Shown here in pieces: positions 1 through 10,259 of a stretch of DNA of 64,000 nucleotides. Under the pieces are notes generated by a model. The model ran no database searches. It was not told the origin of the DNA and saw nothing but the letters and a program-made list of their open reading frames with translations. How positions within the stretch are numbered: the stretch's first letter is position 1; every line of letters starts with the position of its first letter. The stretch is from Candidatus Versatilivorator sp. (GTDB taxonomy: Bacteria > Acidobacteriota > Terriglobia > Versatilivoradales > Versatilivoraceae), in the NCBI GenBank assembly GCA_965207735.1, contig OZ242296.1, positions 4,320,001 through 4,384,000 on the forward strand. Direction: 5' to 3'. Made by a program: the position numbers and the translations under genes.

Positions 1-115
1 TTGAGGACCTTCCTGAGGGGAGACACGGGGGGCCTTGACCCATTGAGATCAGAGTGAATTTCCGATAAAGTAGAGACGTTCGGACAAGGCCTTTTCCACT
101 CCATCCGCGGCAACC

Positions 116-2710
116 GTGAACCGTATGCCGGCAAGACTCCTTCCATGGCTGGTGTTGCAACTGCTGGTGGTATCCCTGCCTGCCTCGTCTTGGGCCGAAT
201 CCGTCCCCGCTTTCGAAGGCATCCGGCCCATTCTCGAAAAACACTGTCTGGCCTGTCACGACTCCCGGTCACACCAGAGCGGTCTGGTCCTGGAGAGCCC
301 CCAGGCTGCACTCCAGGGAGGCGCATTGAACGGTCCCGCCGTCATCCCGGGAAAGAGCCGGGAGAGTCCGTTGATTCTCTACCTGACCGGCCACAAGCAA
401 CCTCGAATGCCCTTGAGCGGCAATCCGCTGAGCGACGAAGAGATTGCCTCGATAGCCGGGTGGATCGATCGACTGCCGCCACTTTCGGAAACCGGAAATC
501 AGGTGCCGGGATGGCCCTGGCGGGGGTTGAAGGCGCCCGAGATCCCGCGGGTGCGCCAGGATCAGTGGGTGAAGAACCCGATCGATGCCTTCATCCTGGC
601 CAAGCTGGAGAACCGGAAGCTCACTCCCGCCTCGCCGGCCTCCAAGCGACTCCTGCTGCGGCGCCTCTATTTCGATCTTATCGGCCTGCCCCCGACTTCC
701 GAGCAGATGCATCGATTCACCAGTGATCCCGACCCCGGCGCATACCGGCAGGAAATCGACCGGCTGCTTCGAGACCCTCGTTACGGCGAGCGCTGGGGGC
801 GGCATTGGCTGGACATTGTGCGGTACGCCGATACCGACGGCGGCTATGACGGTCCCCTCCCCCACATCTGGCGCTATCGGGACTACGTGGTCCGGGCGTT
901 CAACCAGGACCGGCCTTTCGACCGCTTCATTCGGGAGCAGATTGCCGGCGACTCCTATCCGCTCTATGGAGAGGAAGGCAAGCTGGGTCTTGGATTCCTG
1001 CACGGCACCGTGTTCAGTGAGGATGGCGTGCGGCGCGACGCCCTCAACGACATCGTCAACACCACCGCTTCGGCCTTTCTGGGACTGACTCTGGCCTGCG
1101 CCCGCTGTCACGATCACAAGTACGATCCCATCCCCATCCGTGACTACTATCGGATGGAGGCCTTCTTCGCACCGGTCAAGCTCAGCACCATGGAAGTACC
1201 CTTCAGCCAGTACGAGCTGCCCGGCCGCGACTCCAAGGCCTGGGAAGACAGCAAGGCCTACTGGGAAGGGCTGCTCAAGCGCCAGAAGGAGTTCCGCGAA
1301 GAGACCACTGCCAAATTCAAGGAACGCCTGGAAAAGGCTCGCTTCCTGCAGGCTTTTCAAGATCTCAAGGAACTGCCTCCCTTGAGCAACAGTCCCGTGA
1401 ACGGAGACCTCAAACGGGCAGCCCTCGAGGGCGTCCTCCTGAATGAGCAGGAACAGGCGCTCTACCACCTGATGCGCAAGCAGACCACCGCCTATCGCAA
1501 TCCGCACAGCCCCGACTACTTCAAGGCCAAGGCCCACTCGGCGTCGGCCTCGCTGGGCCTGAACTACGCGGCCATGGGAAGAGATGCCGGAGGCCTTCCG
1601 GATCCACCGACCACCTTTGTGCTGGAGGGAGGAGATCCCAAGAAGCGGGGCGAGGTGGTCCAGCCGGGATTTCTCAGTGCCCTGACCGGCCACTCGGAAC
1701 CGGCCGGGCTGGAAGAGGTTGGCCACGACGGGGTCTCCCGCCCCATCCGCAACCCCACCAAGGTCTTGGCCGAGTGGATCGCCAGCCCTGAAAATCCGCT
1801 GACGGCCCGGGTGATGGTCAATCGGATCTGGCAGCATCATTTCGGCCGAGGGCTGGTCGGGACCCCCAACGATTTTGGCCGCAACGGCTCCGGCACCGAC
1901 TACCCGGAACTCATCGACTGGCTGGCCACCCGGTTTATCCGGAGCGGTTGGAGCGTCAAATCCATGCACCGGCTCATTCTGCAGTCCAACACCTACCGTC
2001 AGTCGATGCATCATCCGGAATTCGACCGTTTCCGGAAGATCGACCCCGAGAATCGCTATTACTGGCGATGGAACATGTTGCGGCTGGAAGCCGAGGCCAT
2101 CCGCGACAGCGTCCTGGCGGTGAGCGGCCGGTTGAATCCGCTCATGGGAGGACCCGGATTTTTTCCCAGGATCGACAAGGACTTGTTGGAAGGGGCAGTG
2201 ACCTGGTTCGAGCCTTCCCCTCCCGAGGCGAGAAATCGGCGCAGCCTTTACATGTACCAGCAGCGCAGCCTGGTGTTACCCCTGGTGAAGGTCTTTGACG
2301 GCACCCAACTGGACGAGAGCTGTGCCGCCAGGGAGGTCACCACGGTGACCCCCCAGGTTTTCGTCCTCTTCAACAGTCGGTTTGCCCACGAGCAGAGCCG
2401 CGAGCTGGCCGGCAGGATCATTGCAGAGGTTGGGGATAATCCCGGACAACAGCTCGAGCAAGCCTTCCAACTCGCCCTGCAACGCTCCCCCACTCCTTCG
2501 GAACGAACCGACGGCCTGGAGTTTCTGGGAGCCGCTCAACAGGTTTCGGGTGATCTGAAGGATACCGTGAGTCTGACCGCGGGCGGGGGCGGTTCGATCG
2601 ACGACGACCGGAAAAATCCCGCCGCACGGCAGAAAAAGCATGCAGGGGGAACCTTGGCCGATCTCTGTCTGGCCCTGTTCAACCTGAACGAATTCATCTA
2701 TATCGAGTAA
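116..2710 (+). CDS. Planctomycete-type cytochrome c / DUF1549 + DUF1553 (PSD1) domain protein
   Basis: Signal peptide, CLACH and CARCH heme motifs, 'NPIDAFIL', 'YGERWGRHWLD', 'NPLTARVMVNRIWQHHFG' family motifs; followed by a DUF1501 gene. Confidence 0.9.
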   Translation: MNRMPARLLPWLVLQLLVVSLPASSWAESVPAFEGIRPILEKHCLACHDSRSHQSGLVLESPQAALQGGALNGPAVIPGKSRESPLILYLTGHKQPRMPLSGNPLSDEEIASIAGWIDRLPPLSETGNQVPGWPWRGLKAPEIPRVRQDQWVKNPIDAFILAKLENRKLTPASPASKRLLLRRLYFDLIGLPPTSEQMHRFTSDPDPGAYRQEIDRLLRDPRYGERWGRHWLDIVRYADTDGGYDGPLPHIWRYRDYVVRAFNQDRPFDRFIREQIAGDSYPLYGEEGKLGLGFLHGTVFSEDGVRRDALNDIVNTTASAFLGLTLACARCHDHKYDPIPIRDYYRMEAFFAPVKLSTMEVPFSQYELPGRDSKAWEDSKAYWEGLLKRQKEFREETTAKFKERLEKARFLQAFQDLKELPPLSNSPVNGDLKRAALEGVLLNEQEQALYHLMRKQTTAYRNPHSPDYFKAKAHSASASLGLNYAAMGRDAGGLPDPPTTFVLEGGDPKKRGEVVQPGFLSALTGHSEPAGLEEVGHDGVSRPIRNPTKVLAEWIASPENPLTARVMVNRIWQHHFGRGLVGTPNDFGRNGSGTDYPELIDWLATRFIRSGWSVKSMHRLILQSNTYRQSMHHPEFDRFRKIDPENRYYWRWNMLRLEAEAIRDSVLAVSGRLNPLMGGPGFFPRIDKDLLEGAVTWFEPSPPEARNRRSLYMYQQRSLVLPLVKVFDGTQLDESCAAREVTTVTPQVFVLFNSRFAHEQSRELAGRIIAEVGDNPGQQLEQAFQLALQRSPTPSERTDGLEFLGAAQQVSGDLKDTVSLTAGGGGSIDDDRKNPAARQKKHAGGTLADLCLALFNLNEFIYIE

Positions 2711-2762
2711 TTGCAACGCGGGAGGATGAGCCCGCTCATCCCCGACAAGGAGAACCCTCACC

Positions 2763-4217
2763 ATGGCTTACGGTCTGCCGAAATGGAACCCCGTCCCGAG
2801 CCGCATGAGCAGTCCGCAGACGGGACCCGTGGGACGCCGGCACTTCCTCTTGCAGGGTGGAGCCGGATTGGGGGGTTTGGCCCTGTCCTACCTGCTGCAA
2901 AGAGAGTCTCTGTTGGCCTCGGAATCTCCCGCCAGCCCACTGGCCCCCAAGCCCCCTCACGTGACGGCCAAGGCCAAGTCCTGCATCTTCCTGTTCATGG
3001 GCGGGGGTCCCGGCCACATGGACACTTTCGACCCCAAACCGGATCTCACCCGGCACCACGGAACGGTTGCCAGCGGCGGACCGGACCAACCCGAAGGCTC
3101 CAAGCTCCTCTATATCGGCAGTCCCTTTCGGTTCAGCAAACGGGGAAAGAGCGGCATCGAGGTCTCCGAGCTTTTCCCTCATTTGGGCGAGTGGGTCGAC
3201 GAAATGTCGGTGGTTCGGTCTCTTTACACCGACAGCGACAACCACACCGCCGGTACCCTGCTCATGAACCTGGGCCGCCCCATGCCGGGCAGTCCCTCCC
3301 TGGGTTCCTGGATGGTCTATGGCCTGGGCACCGAGAACCAGGATTTGCCTGCCTTTGTGGTCTTGCCCGATTACCGTTTTATCCACGGTCCCCAAAATTG
3401 GTCCAACGGATATCTGCCGGCCATTTATCAGGGCACCCTGCTGAATCTGGTAGGACCGCCCATCGTCGATCTGAAGCCGCCTGAAGGGGTGACCCGACCC
3501 CGACAAGCGGCTAATCTGCGCCTGATCAACAAGTGGAATCGAGACCATCTGCGTTCCGTTCCGGTCAAGGATGACCTACAGGCTCGCATCCGCAACTATG
3601 AGCTGGCCTTCCGGATGCAGACCTCGGTCCCCGAGGCCCTGGACCTGGAGAAGGAACCCGAGAGCATTCGGGAACTCTATGGCTTGAACAACGCCGTCAC
3701 CGAGCCCATGGGACGAAAGTGCCTGATGGCCAGGCGGATGGTGGAGCGCGGCGTCCGATTCATCCAGGTTTTCAACAGCAGTTGGGATTCCCACTTCGAT
3801 CTCACCAAGGAGCACTCCCGCAAGGGTCTGGAAACCGACCGTCCGATCGCGGGCCTTCTGCAGGACCTGAAACAGCGAGGCCTGCTGGACGAAACCCTGG
3901 TGGTCTGGGGCGGCGAATTCGGGCGCACCCCCGCAAGCGGCCGCGGCCTGGTGAAAGAGACCATGGGGCGCGAGCACAACAAGGAAGCCATGGTGATGTG
4001 GTTTGCCGGCGGGGGCGTCAAGCCGGGGACCGTGGTGGGAGCGACCGACGAAATGGGACGACGGGCCGTTGAATCCCGCTATCACATTCACGATCTGCAT
4101 GCCACCATCCTCCACTTGATGGGGTTGGACGATATGCGCCTGACCTACTATCACGGCGGGCGTTTCAAACGTCTCACCGATCTGGGCGGTCACTTGATCA
4201 AGGAGATGATCGCCTGA
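2763..4217 (+). CDS. DUF1501 domain protein (Tat-exported)
   Basis: RRHFL Tat motif, 'AKSCIFLFMGGGPGHMDTFDPKP', 'VVWGGEFGRTP', 'HDLHATILHLMG'. Confidence 0.9.
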   Translation: MAYGLPKWNPVPSRMSSPQTGPVGRRHFLLQGGAGLGGLALSYLLQRESLLASESPASPLAPKPPHVTAKAKSCIFLFMGGGPGHMDTFDPKPDLTRHHGTVASGGPDQPEGSKLLYIGSPFRFSKRGKSGIEVSELFPHLGEWVDEMSVVRSLYTDSDNHTAGTLLMNLGRPMPGSPSLGSWMVYGLGTENQDLPAFVVLPDYRFIHGPQNWSNGYLPAIYQGTLLNLVGPPIVDLKPPEGVTRPRQAANLRLINKWNRDHLRSVPVKDDLQARIRNYELAFRMQTSVPEALDLEKEPESIRELYGLNNAVTEPMGRKCLMARRMVERGVRFIQVFNSSWDSHFDLTKEHSRKGLETDRPIAGLLQDLKQRGLLDETLVVWGGEFGRTPASGRGLVKETMGREHNKEAMVMWFAGGGVKPGTVVGATDEMGRRAVESRYHIHDLHATILHLMGLDDMRLTYYHGGRFKRLTDLGGHLIKEMIA

Positions 4218-5917
4218 TGGAAACCATCAGCCGGCGCGGCTTTCTGGCCACGGGTGTCGCCGGAGCCGCCCATCTGCTGCGGCCTGCCGCTGCTCTCCCT
4301 TCCAGGATTGCCTCTCCCGGGAAACGTCGCCTCCTGTTCAACTGGGACGGCTCCATGATCCACTGCTGGGGACGCACCGCCCTGCCGCACTCCAAAAGCC
4401 CTCTGACCCGCGACCAGTTCACTTCTCTGGTGTTCACTCCCATTGAAGACTCGGCCGTGGATACCGTGCTTTTCAGCTTCGGCAGCGGTAACGTGGCCGA
4501 GTACCAGAGCCGGGTACTGGAGTGGCCGGGAGAAGCCGACAACTTCCGATTCCCCGAGGAAAGAACCTGGCACGCCGGCATCCCGGTGGACCCCAAGGAT
4601 CAGTACCGGAACCCGAAGTCGCTGGCTGACGCCGGACACAATCCCCCGGCGGTTGTGGTCCAGGAGTGCCACCGCCGAGGCCTGGAGGCCTTTGTTTCCC
4701 TGCGCATGAACGATTGCCACGATGCCCTCCGTGGGCGCGGGCAGTTGCCCAACCCGGAACTGCCCACCTTCAAACGTCTCAATCCCGATTGGCTTTCCAA
4801 TCTGCGTTGGTGGACGGCGCTCAATTTTGAAAAACCTCAGGTCCGCGATCTCAAGCTGCGAGTGATCGAGGAATTTTTCGATCGCTGGGATTTCGACGGC
4901 ATCGAGTTGGACTGGCTTCGCCACACCTTGAACTTTCCCCGGGGAACGGAACGTGAGAACGCCAAACACCTCAACAGCTTCATGCGCTCGGTGCGCCGCA
5001 GTCTGCGAGAACGAGGCCGACGCCGCGGTAGACCCATTGAGCTGGGCGTACGGGTTCCGGAACGCCTGGAGTGGTGTCTGGAAGGAGGTTACGACCTCCC
5101 AACCTGGATTTCCGAGGACTTGGTGGATTTTCTGATCCTGGGACAGGGATTGACCGAACTGCCGGAATTGAAAGAGTTTCGACAACCGATGACCCACAAA
5201 AACCTGCCCATCTATCCCTGCCTCTACATGTACGGCAATGGATACCGAATCAGTCCCGATGCCGTGATCCGAGGCAGCGCGGCCAACCTCTGGCGGGACG
5301 GAGCCGACGGTCTCTACACCTTCAACTGGTTCACCTACGGGTCATGGCGGAAGCCTCTGTTGGATGAGATTGCCGATCCGAAAACCCTGTCAAAAACAAC
5401 CAAGCACTATACAACCGTCCATCGATTCGACTCGACGCCCTTTACTCCCGTAACCGACTCCATTCGCTACAACACTGCCCTCCGGGATGCCCCGCTCCCT
5501 TTCGACCTGATCCCCAACGGCAAGGCAAAGACCCTGCTGGTTCCCATCGCGGATAACCCGAGATCCAGGATGAACCGCCCCCGGAAGGCTGAGTTGTGGA
5601 TCGGCATGCATTACCACAGGACGGGAGATGTCTTGAACCTCGTACTCAACGGGCAGCCACTGGAACCCGGGGAACAGCACATATCCAGCCACTGGCAGCA
5701 GGTAGGTTACGAGGTCAGTCCGCCGACCGAAGAGGGAATCCTGGGCTTTCCCGCCGGAGAATCGTACGACATGCGGTTCAGGGCCCTGCGGCTCGACCTT
5801 CCCGTCAACAGGCTCAAGAAGGGCCGCAACCGGCTGGATCTCAAGCTGTCAGCCCGCGGCGCCGGATCGGACAAACCCTTGCGAGTCACCCGGGTGGAGG
5901 TGTTGGCCGAGGCTTGA
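4217..5917 (+). CDS. Tat-exported glycoside hydrolase-like (GHL10-type TIM barrel) protein
   Basis: SRRGFL Tat motif; 'SLRMNDCH', 'FDGIELDW', 'GADGLYTFN' motifs; paralog at 25458-27227. Confidence 0.7.
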   Translation: METISRRGFLATGVAGAAHLLRPAAALPSRIASPGKRRLLFNWDGSMIHCWGRTALPHSKSPLTRDQFTSLVFTPIEDSAVDTVLFSFGSGNVAEYQSRVLEWPGEADNFRFPEERTWHAGIPVDPKDQYRNPKSLADAGHNPPAVVVQECHRRGLEAFVSLRMNDCHDALRGRGQLPNPELPTFKRLNPDWLSNLRWWTALNFEKPQVRDLKLRVIEEFFDRWDFDGIELDWLRHTLNFPRGTERENAKHLNSFMRSVRRSLRERGRRRGRPIELGVRVPERLEWCLEGGYDLPTWISEDLVDFLILGQGLTELPELKEFRQPMTHKNLPIYPCLYMYGNGYRISPDAVIRGSAANLWRDGADGLYTFNWFTYGSWRKPLLDEIADPKTLSKTTKHYTTVHRFDSTPFTPVTDSIRYNTALRDAPLPFDLIPNGKAKTLLVPIADNPRSRMNRPRKAELWIGMHYHRTGDVLNLVLNGQPLEPGEQHISSHWQQVGYEVSPPTEEGILGFPAGESYDMRFRALRLDLPVNRLKKGRNRLDLKLSARGAGSDKPLRVTRVEVLAEA

Positions 5918-6008
5918 CAAGAGATCGGACAACCGCCGGCGGCAGCCGATCGACCCGTTCCGTCTCTTACAGTCGAGTAACGGCGAAGATGGAGGGGAAG
6001 AACCGGAA

Positions 6009-6878
6009 ATGAACACTTCAAAGCTCAGTTCCGCGGAACTGGACCGGCATGCCGCCAAGCTGGTCGAGGAGGGCTACACCATCATCCCCGAGGTGTTGTC
6101 CCGGGCAGATCTGGACAAGGCCAGACGGGCCATCGACGAGACCCTGGAGGCGGAAGCCGCCACCGCCCGCCGGTACGGCCTGCAGAATGAGAACCTCCTG
6201 ATGTGCTACAACGCCCAGGGCAAACACCCTCAATTCCCGGGCATGTTGACCCGATACCCCGAACCGCTCCTGGTGGCGCGCCGGGTGCTGGGGGAGGACA
6301 TGTTCGCTCACAACCTGGCTATCCGCAAACCACTGCCGACCGGCAAGAAGGACTGGACCAAGCTGGGCGGCTACCTGCATGCCGACTGGCACCACTTTAC
6401 GGTCAACCCCTTCATCGGCGGCAAACATTACCCGCTGGCCGTGCAGTCGGTCTGGTGCGTTTCCGAGTTCACCCGGCAGAACGGCGCCACCTACGTCTGG
6501 CCCGGGTCCCACCTGTCTCTGGAAGTCCCCCCGGAACAGCCACGGACCCTGCCGGAGGGGTGGATTCGAGCCGAGGCCCCGGCCGGTTCCGCCATTCTCT
6601 GGGACTCGGCCCTCTGGCACACCAGCGGCGCCAACTGCGGCACCGCGCCCCGCTACTCGCTGGTGTTCTACTTCCAGCGCTGGTGGGTCCGAGGCTTCAA
6701 CGACGCCTACCGGCTGTGCCCCCCGGAGGCCAGGGCGCGCATGACGGAGGAGGAGCGCCGCATCTGGGGATTGGAAGCCGCGGTCCCGCCCAATACCCAT
6801 TTCCGCGGAATGACACCGGAACAGATCGAAGCCCTCACGCCCGAGGAAAAGGCGGTCCTGAACATCGCGGCCTTCTGA
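6009..6878 (+). CDS. Phytanoyl-CoA dioxygenase (PhyH) family Fe/2OG oxygenase
   Basis: HxD motif (LHADW), 'NGAT..PGSH', distal His in 'LWHTSGAN'. Confidence 0.85.
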   Translation: MNTSKLSSAELDRHAAKLVEEGYTIIPEVLSRADLDKARRAIDETLEAEAATARRYGLQNENLLMCYNAQGKHPQFPGMLTRYPEPLLVARRVLGEDMFAHNLAIRKPLPTGKKDWTKLGGYLHADWHHFTVNPFIGGKHYPLAVQSVWCVSEFTRQNGATYVWPGSHLSLEVPPEQPRTLPEGWIRAEAPAGSAILWDSALWHTSGANCGTAPRYSLVFYFQRWWVRGFNDAYRLCPPEARARMTEEERRIWGLEAAVPPNTHFRGMTPEQIEALTPEEKAVLNIAAF

Positions 6879-7022
6879 TGGAAGTGTCGTCGACTTCATG
6901 ACACGCGCCGATGCGCTTTGCAAGACCAGCACCGGGGTCCGGTTTATGGGTCACTTGTCGGAGCATGAATACCTGCTTGGATGAGCCAAATTCTTGCTAG
7001 ACTGGCTCCTCAAGGGATGCCC

Positions 7023-7250
7023 ATGGGTACCATCGTTTTCGACACCCGCGCTATCGTGAAGGAGTTGGCCGAGGCCGGCATGCCGGAGAAGCAGGCCGAC
7101 GTGCTGGCTCGCTCGCAAGCCACGCTGATCAATGAGACGCTGGCCACCAAGCAGGATTTGAAAGAACTGGAACTACGCTTGACGATACGCCTCGGCTCCA
7201 TGATGGTGGTTGCAATCGGCGCGGTCGCCGCCTTGGTGAAGCTGCTGTAA
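7023..7250 (+). CDS. DUF1640 / CCDC90-like small coiled-coil membrane protein
   Basis: 'FDT..IVKEL..AG..EKQA', 'LATKQDL..LELRLTIRLG' and a C-terminal hydrophobic helix. Confidence 0.8.
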   Translation: MGTIVFDTRAIVKELAEAGMPEKQADVLARSQATLINETLATKQDLKELELRLTIRLGSMMVVAIGAVAALVKLL

Positions 7251-7302
7251 CCGACGATTCTTTCTCCTAAGGAACTACCTCGTTTTACCACCGCGAGTAC
7301 AC

Positions 7303-7465
7303 CCGGAACAGCCGCAGACACTCCCTGGCGGTTGGATTCGAGCCGAGACCCCGGCTGTTTCCGCCATCCTCTGGGACTCGGCCCTCCGGCACACCAGCGG
7401 AGCCAACTACGGCACGGCGCCCCGGTACTCGCTGGTGTTCTACTTTCAGCGCGGGTGGGTACGGA
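7303..7465 (+). pseudogene. Diverged partial duplicate of the phyH gene (matches ~6531-6693)
   Basis: Colinear nucleotide match with scattered, mostly third-position substitutions; no start and no complete ORF. Confidence 0.8.
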
Positions 7466-10259
7466 CCTGTTATTCCAGCGGGATCGGAAAGGTGAGCGTT
7501 CCGTCGTTGGAGCTGTTGTCCACGCTCACCACGTATAAGTAGGCTTCCCCGGGTATTTGCCAACTGATGAAGCCATTCTCCACCCGCGCCGAGACGGTCT
7601 TCTGCGAATAGCCCTTGGCCGGAAGATCGAACCTGATGATCTGCACAGGGTCGGCGCCTCTCTCCCCGGAATGGACTCCGGCAGTCACCGTCTGGCTCCG
7701 GCTCGAACTGTTGAACACCCCGATGTTGGTCCGCTTGTCGTCGTTGACGTTGACACCGAAGCTAATGGCCGATCCGGTATAGAGAAGCGGGGGCGTGGGC
7801 TGGTTGAGGACGACGGTGGTGTTTCTGCCACTGGAAGTATCGATGAATACCTCGACCGAAGCGACCTGAAAGGGCTTCTCAGCCGTGAACTCGACAGCGC
7901 CAGCCCCCCGGTATTCGAAGAGGGAACCCAGAAAATTGTTCCAGGAGTAATAGGTAACGGCTTCCAGCGAGATCGTTTCCTCCTTCACCAGCCCCTGGGC
8001 TCCGTAGAGCCTGGCCGTGACCTCGATGTCTTCCTCGCTCAGGTTCGCGAGGGTGAGGTTGGTTTTGAATATTCCCCCGAACCTGCCGGAAACGTTGGCG
8101 GTGGTGGGAATAACCCAGCGACGGGAAGTAAGAGGCGTGAGTCCTTCACCCACGGGAACCGGAGGCGTGTTGGCTGACGCCGTTCTCGACCAGTCAGATA
8201 CGTCGCCATCCTGACCATAGGCATACATCCGATAACTGTAGGAACGCTCCGGCTCGACGCTGCCGTCCACGAACTCCCGGCGACTCCTCCACAGCCACAC
8301 AAGCAACCCCCAGTCCCCGCCTTGATTCTGCCTGTCGATGCGAAATCCCCTTGCGTTCTCGCCGTTGTCATCTCTCCAATCGAGCCGGATGCGGTGTGGC
8401 CCCAGGGGCGTGGCGGTGAGCTGGTAGGGAGGCTGGAGCGGCTCTTGGACTGCCACCGATTCAAAGAGGGCGGTCACGTTTCTGGCGGAGCTCACCCGGA
8501 CGGTGCAGCGGTTGCCGGACACGGAATCGCATCCGCGCCAACTCTTGAACAGATAGCCCGAGTTGGGACTCGCCGTCAGGGTCAGACTGGTCCCGGAGGT
8601 ATAGGTATATCGGGGTTGGGACTCCAGGGCACTCAAGGCGGCATCGACCTGGATGCGGGGTCTCGTGATATTGTTCCGCGAGTCGGTGATGGACACCCCT
8701 GTGCTCTTCAGGGCGGAGAGCACCTGCTCCACCGAGGCGTTGGGCGCCTTGGACTTGAGCACGGCCCAGGCGCCCGCCACGTGGGGAGCCGCCCCGGAAG
8801 TACCGCCTGCTCTGCCAAATCGATTCCCTGGCACGGACGATCGGATCCATCGGCCCGGCGCCAGCAGATCCAGTTCGGGAGAACTGTTGGAAAAGTCGGA
8901 GACCTCGTCCCGGGTTGTCTCGGTGCCGTCGAAACCAGTACTGCCATCATCGGTCGATCCCACGCTTACGACGCTGGAGATGCAGGCAGGAGAGCCAATG
9001 CCCGTGGTGGATTCCTCGTTTCCGGAGGCGGCGATGGTGGCGATTCCGACGGCCCGCAGATTGTCGACGGCAGCTTTGCTGGCTGAATTCGAACCGTCGC
9101 ATTCACCGGGGAAAGCTTCGTCGGAGCCCAAGCTCATGTTGACGGCCGCGATGTCGAAGTTGTCGCTGAGTTCCAGCACCCGTTCCAGACCGGAGATGAT
9201 ATCGCCGTCAGATGCTCTTATGCAGGGTCCTTCAGCCTCCTCTTCCTCATCCTCATCGAGACAATCGTCGGGCTCGTTTCTCGAGAAAACCTGTATCGAA
9301 ATGAGCTCTGCATCTCTGGCCACGCCAGAAAAATCGGGCCCCTTGCCGGCAGCAATTCCAGCGACGTGGGTCCCATGAAAGCAGCCAGACAATTCGGGGT
9401 CCGAACAGGGCATGCCCGAGCCCGGCCTGGTGGATTCGGATACTCCCCCCGGACAGAGCGATTCTCCGTGGCCCCCACCCGAGTAGCAGGCCTCCGACAC
9501 CATCTTGCCTCGCAAGAACGCATGGTCCTTGTCCACCCCCGTATCCAGGATGGCAATGGTCTGGCCCGAGCCGCTGAACCCCTGACTCCAGGCCTGAGGC
9601 GCTCCCACCAGGGGACCGCTTTCCTCCAGCATCGGCTTCAGCAGCTTGTCCTCTTCGATACTGACCACCTCCGGGTCCGAGGCCAGAGCCTCCAACGCGG
9701 CCGCGTCCACCTCCATGGCCAAGTAAGGAATGTATTTGAACCTCCTGACTGACAAGACGCTGAAGCTGGCAATTCTGACCAACAGGGCCTGTTGGTCACG
9801 ATCGATCCGGCTCACCATGGCCGCCCGTGCCGCCGCATCCTTGAAGTTGCTTGCCGCCGAGACTTCGGAGCCTCCTTCGGATCTCAACCCGACGATGACT
9901 CTTACCCGACCCTCCTCCTGAACCCTGGCGGTCAACACCGCAAAATTCCTGGTCCTCTGAGCGCTTGCCGTAGGATTGACTGCCATGACGGGTCCGTCCG
10001 ACGACGGGGTTAGAGCATCCTCCACACCCCGGGTGAGGCGACTGAGCCTGCTCGTTGTGGCGCTGCAAGTCGATGTCTGGCTCGGCGTGACGGTTCCGGC
10101 CCCCTGCGGGACCACCCCGGTAGTCAGAGGAAAGCAACCGGAAGCTGAACCTTGCCGGACCGTAACGGTTCTGCTGTACTCGTTGTCTCGTTCGTTGCTC
10201 TCTGAAACCGAGTCTTCGGGATCAACAACGATCTTGAGGGTGTGTGTGCCAGGGCTTAG

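Noticed and set aside
269-2014. Long antisense ORFs (also 38604-40343, 51105-52982, 62253-63881 and others)
   Set aside because: Shadow ORFs opposite well-supported genes, as expected in high-GC DNA
6531-7465. phyH segment and its copy as a DGR variable/template repeat pair
   Set aside because: Differences are not confined to adenines and fall mostly at third codon positions; no RT gene in the window
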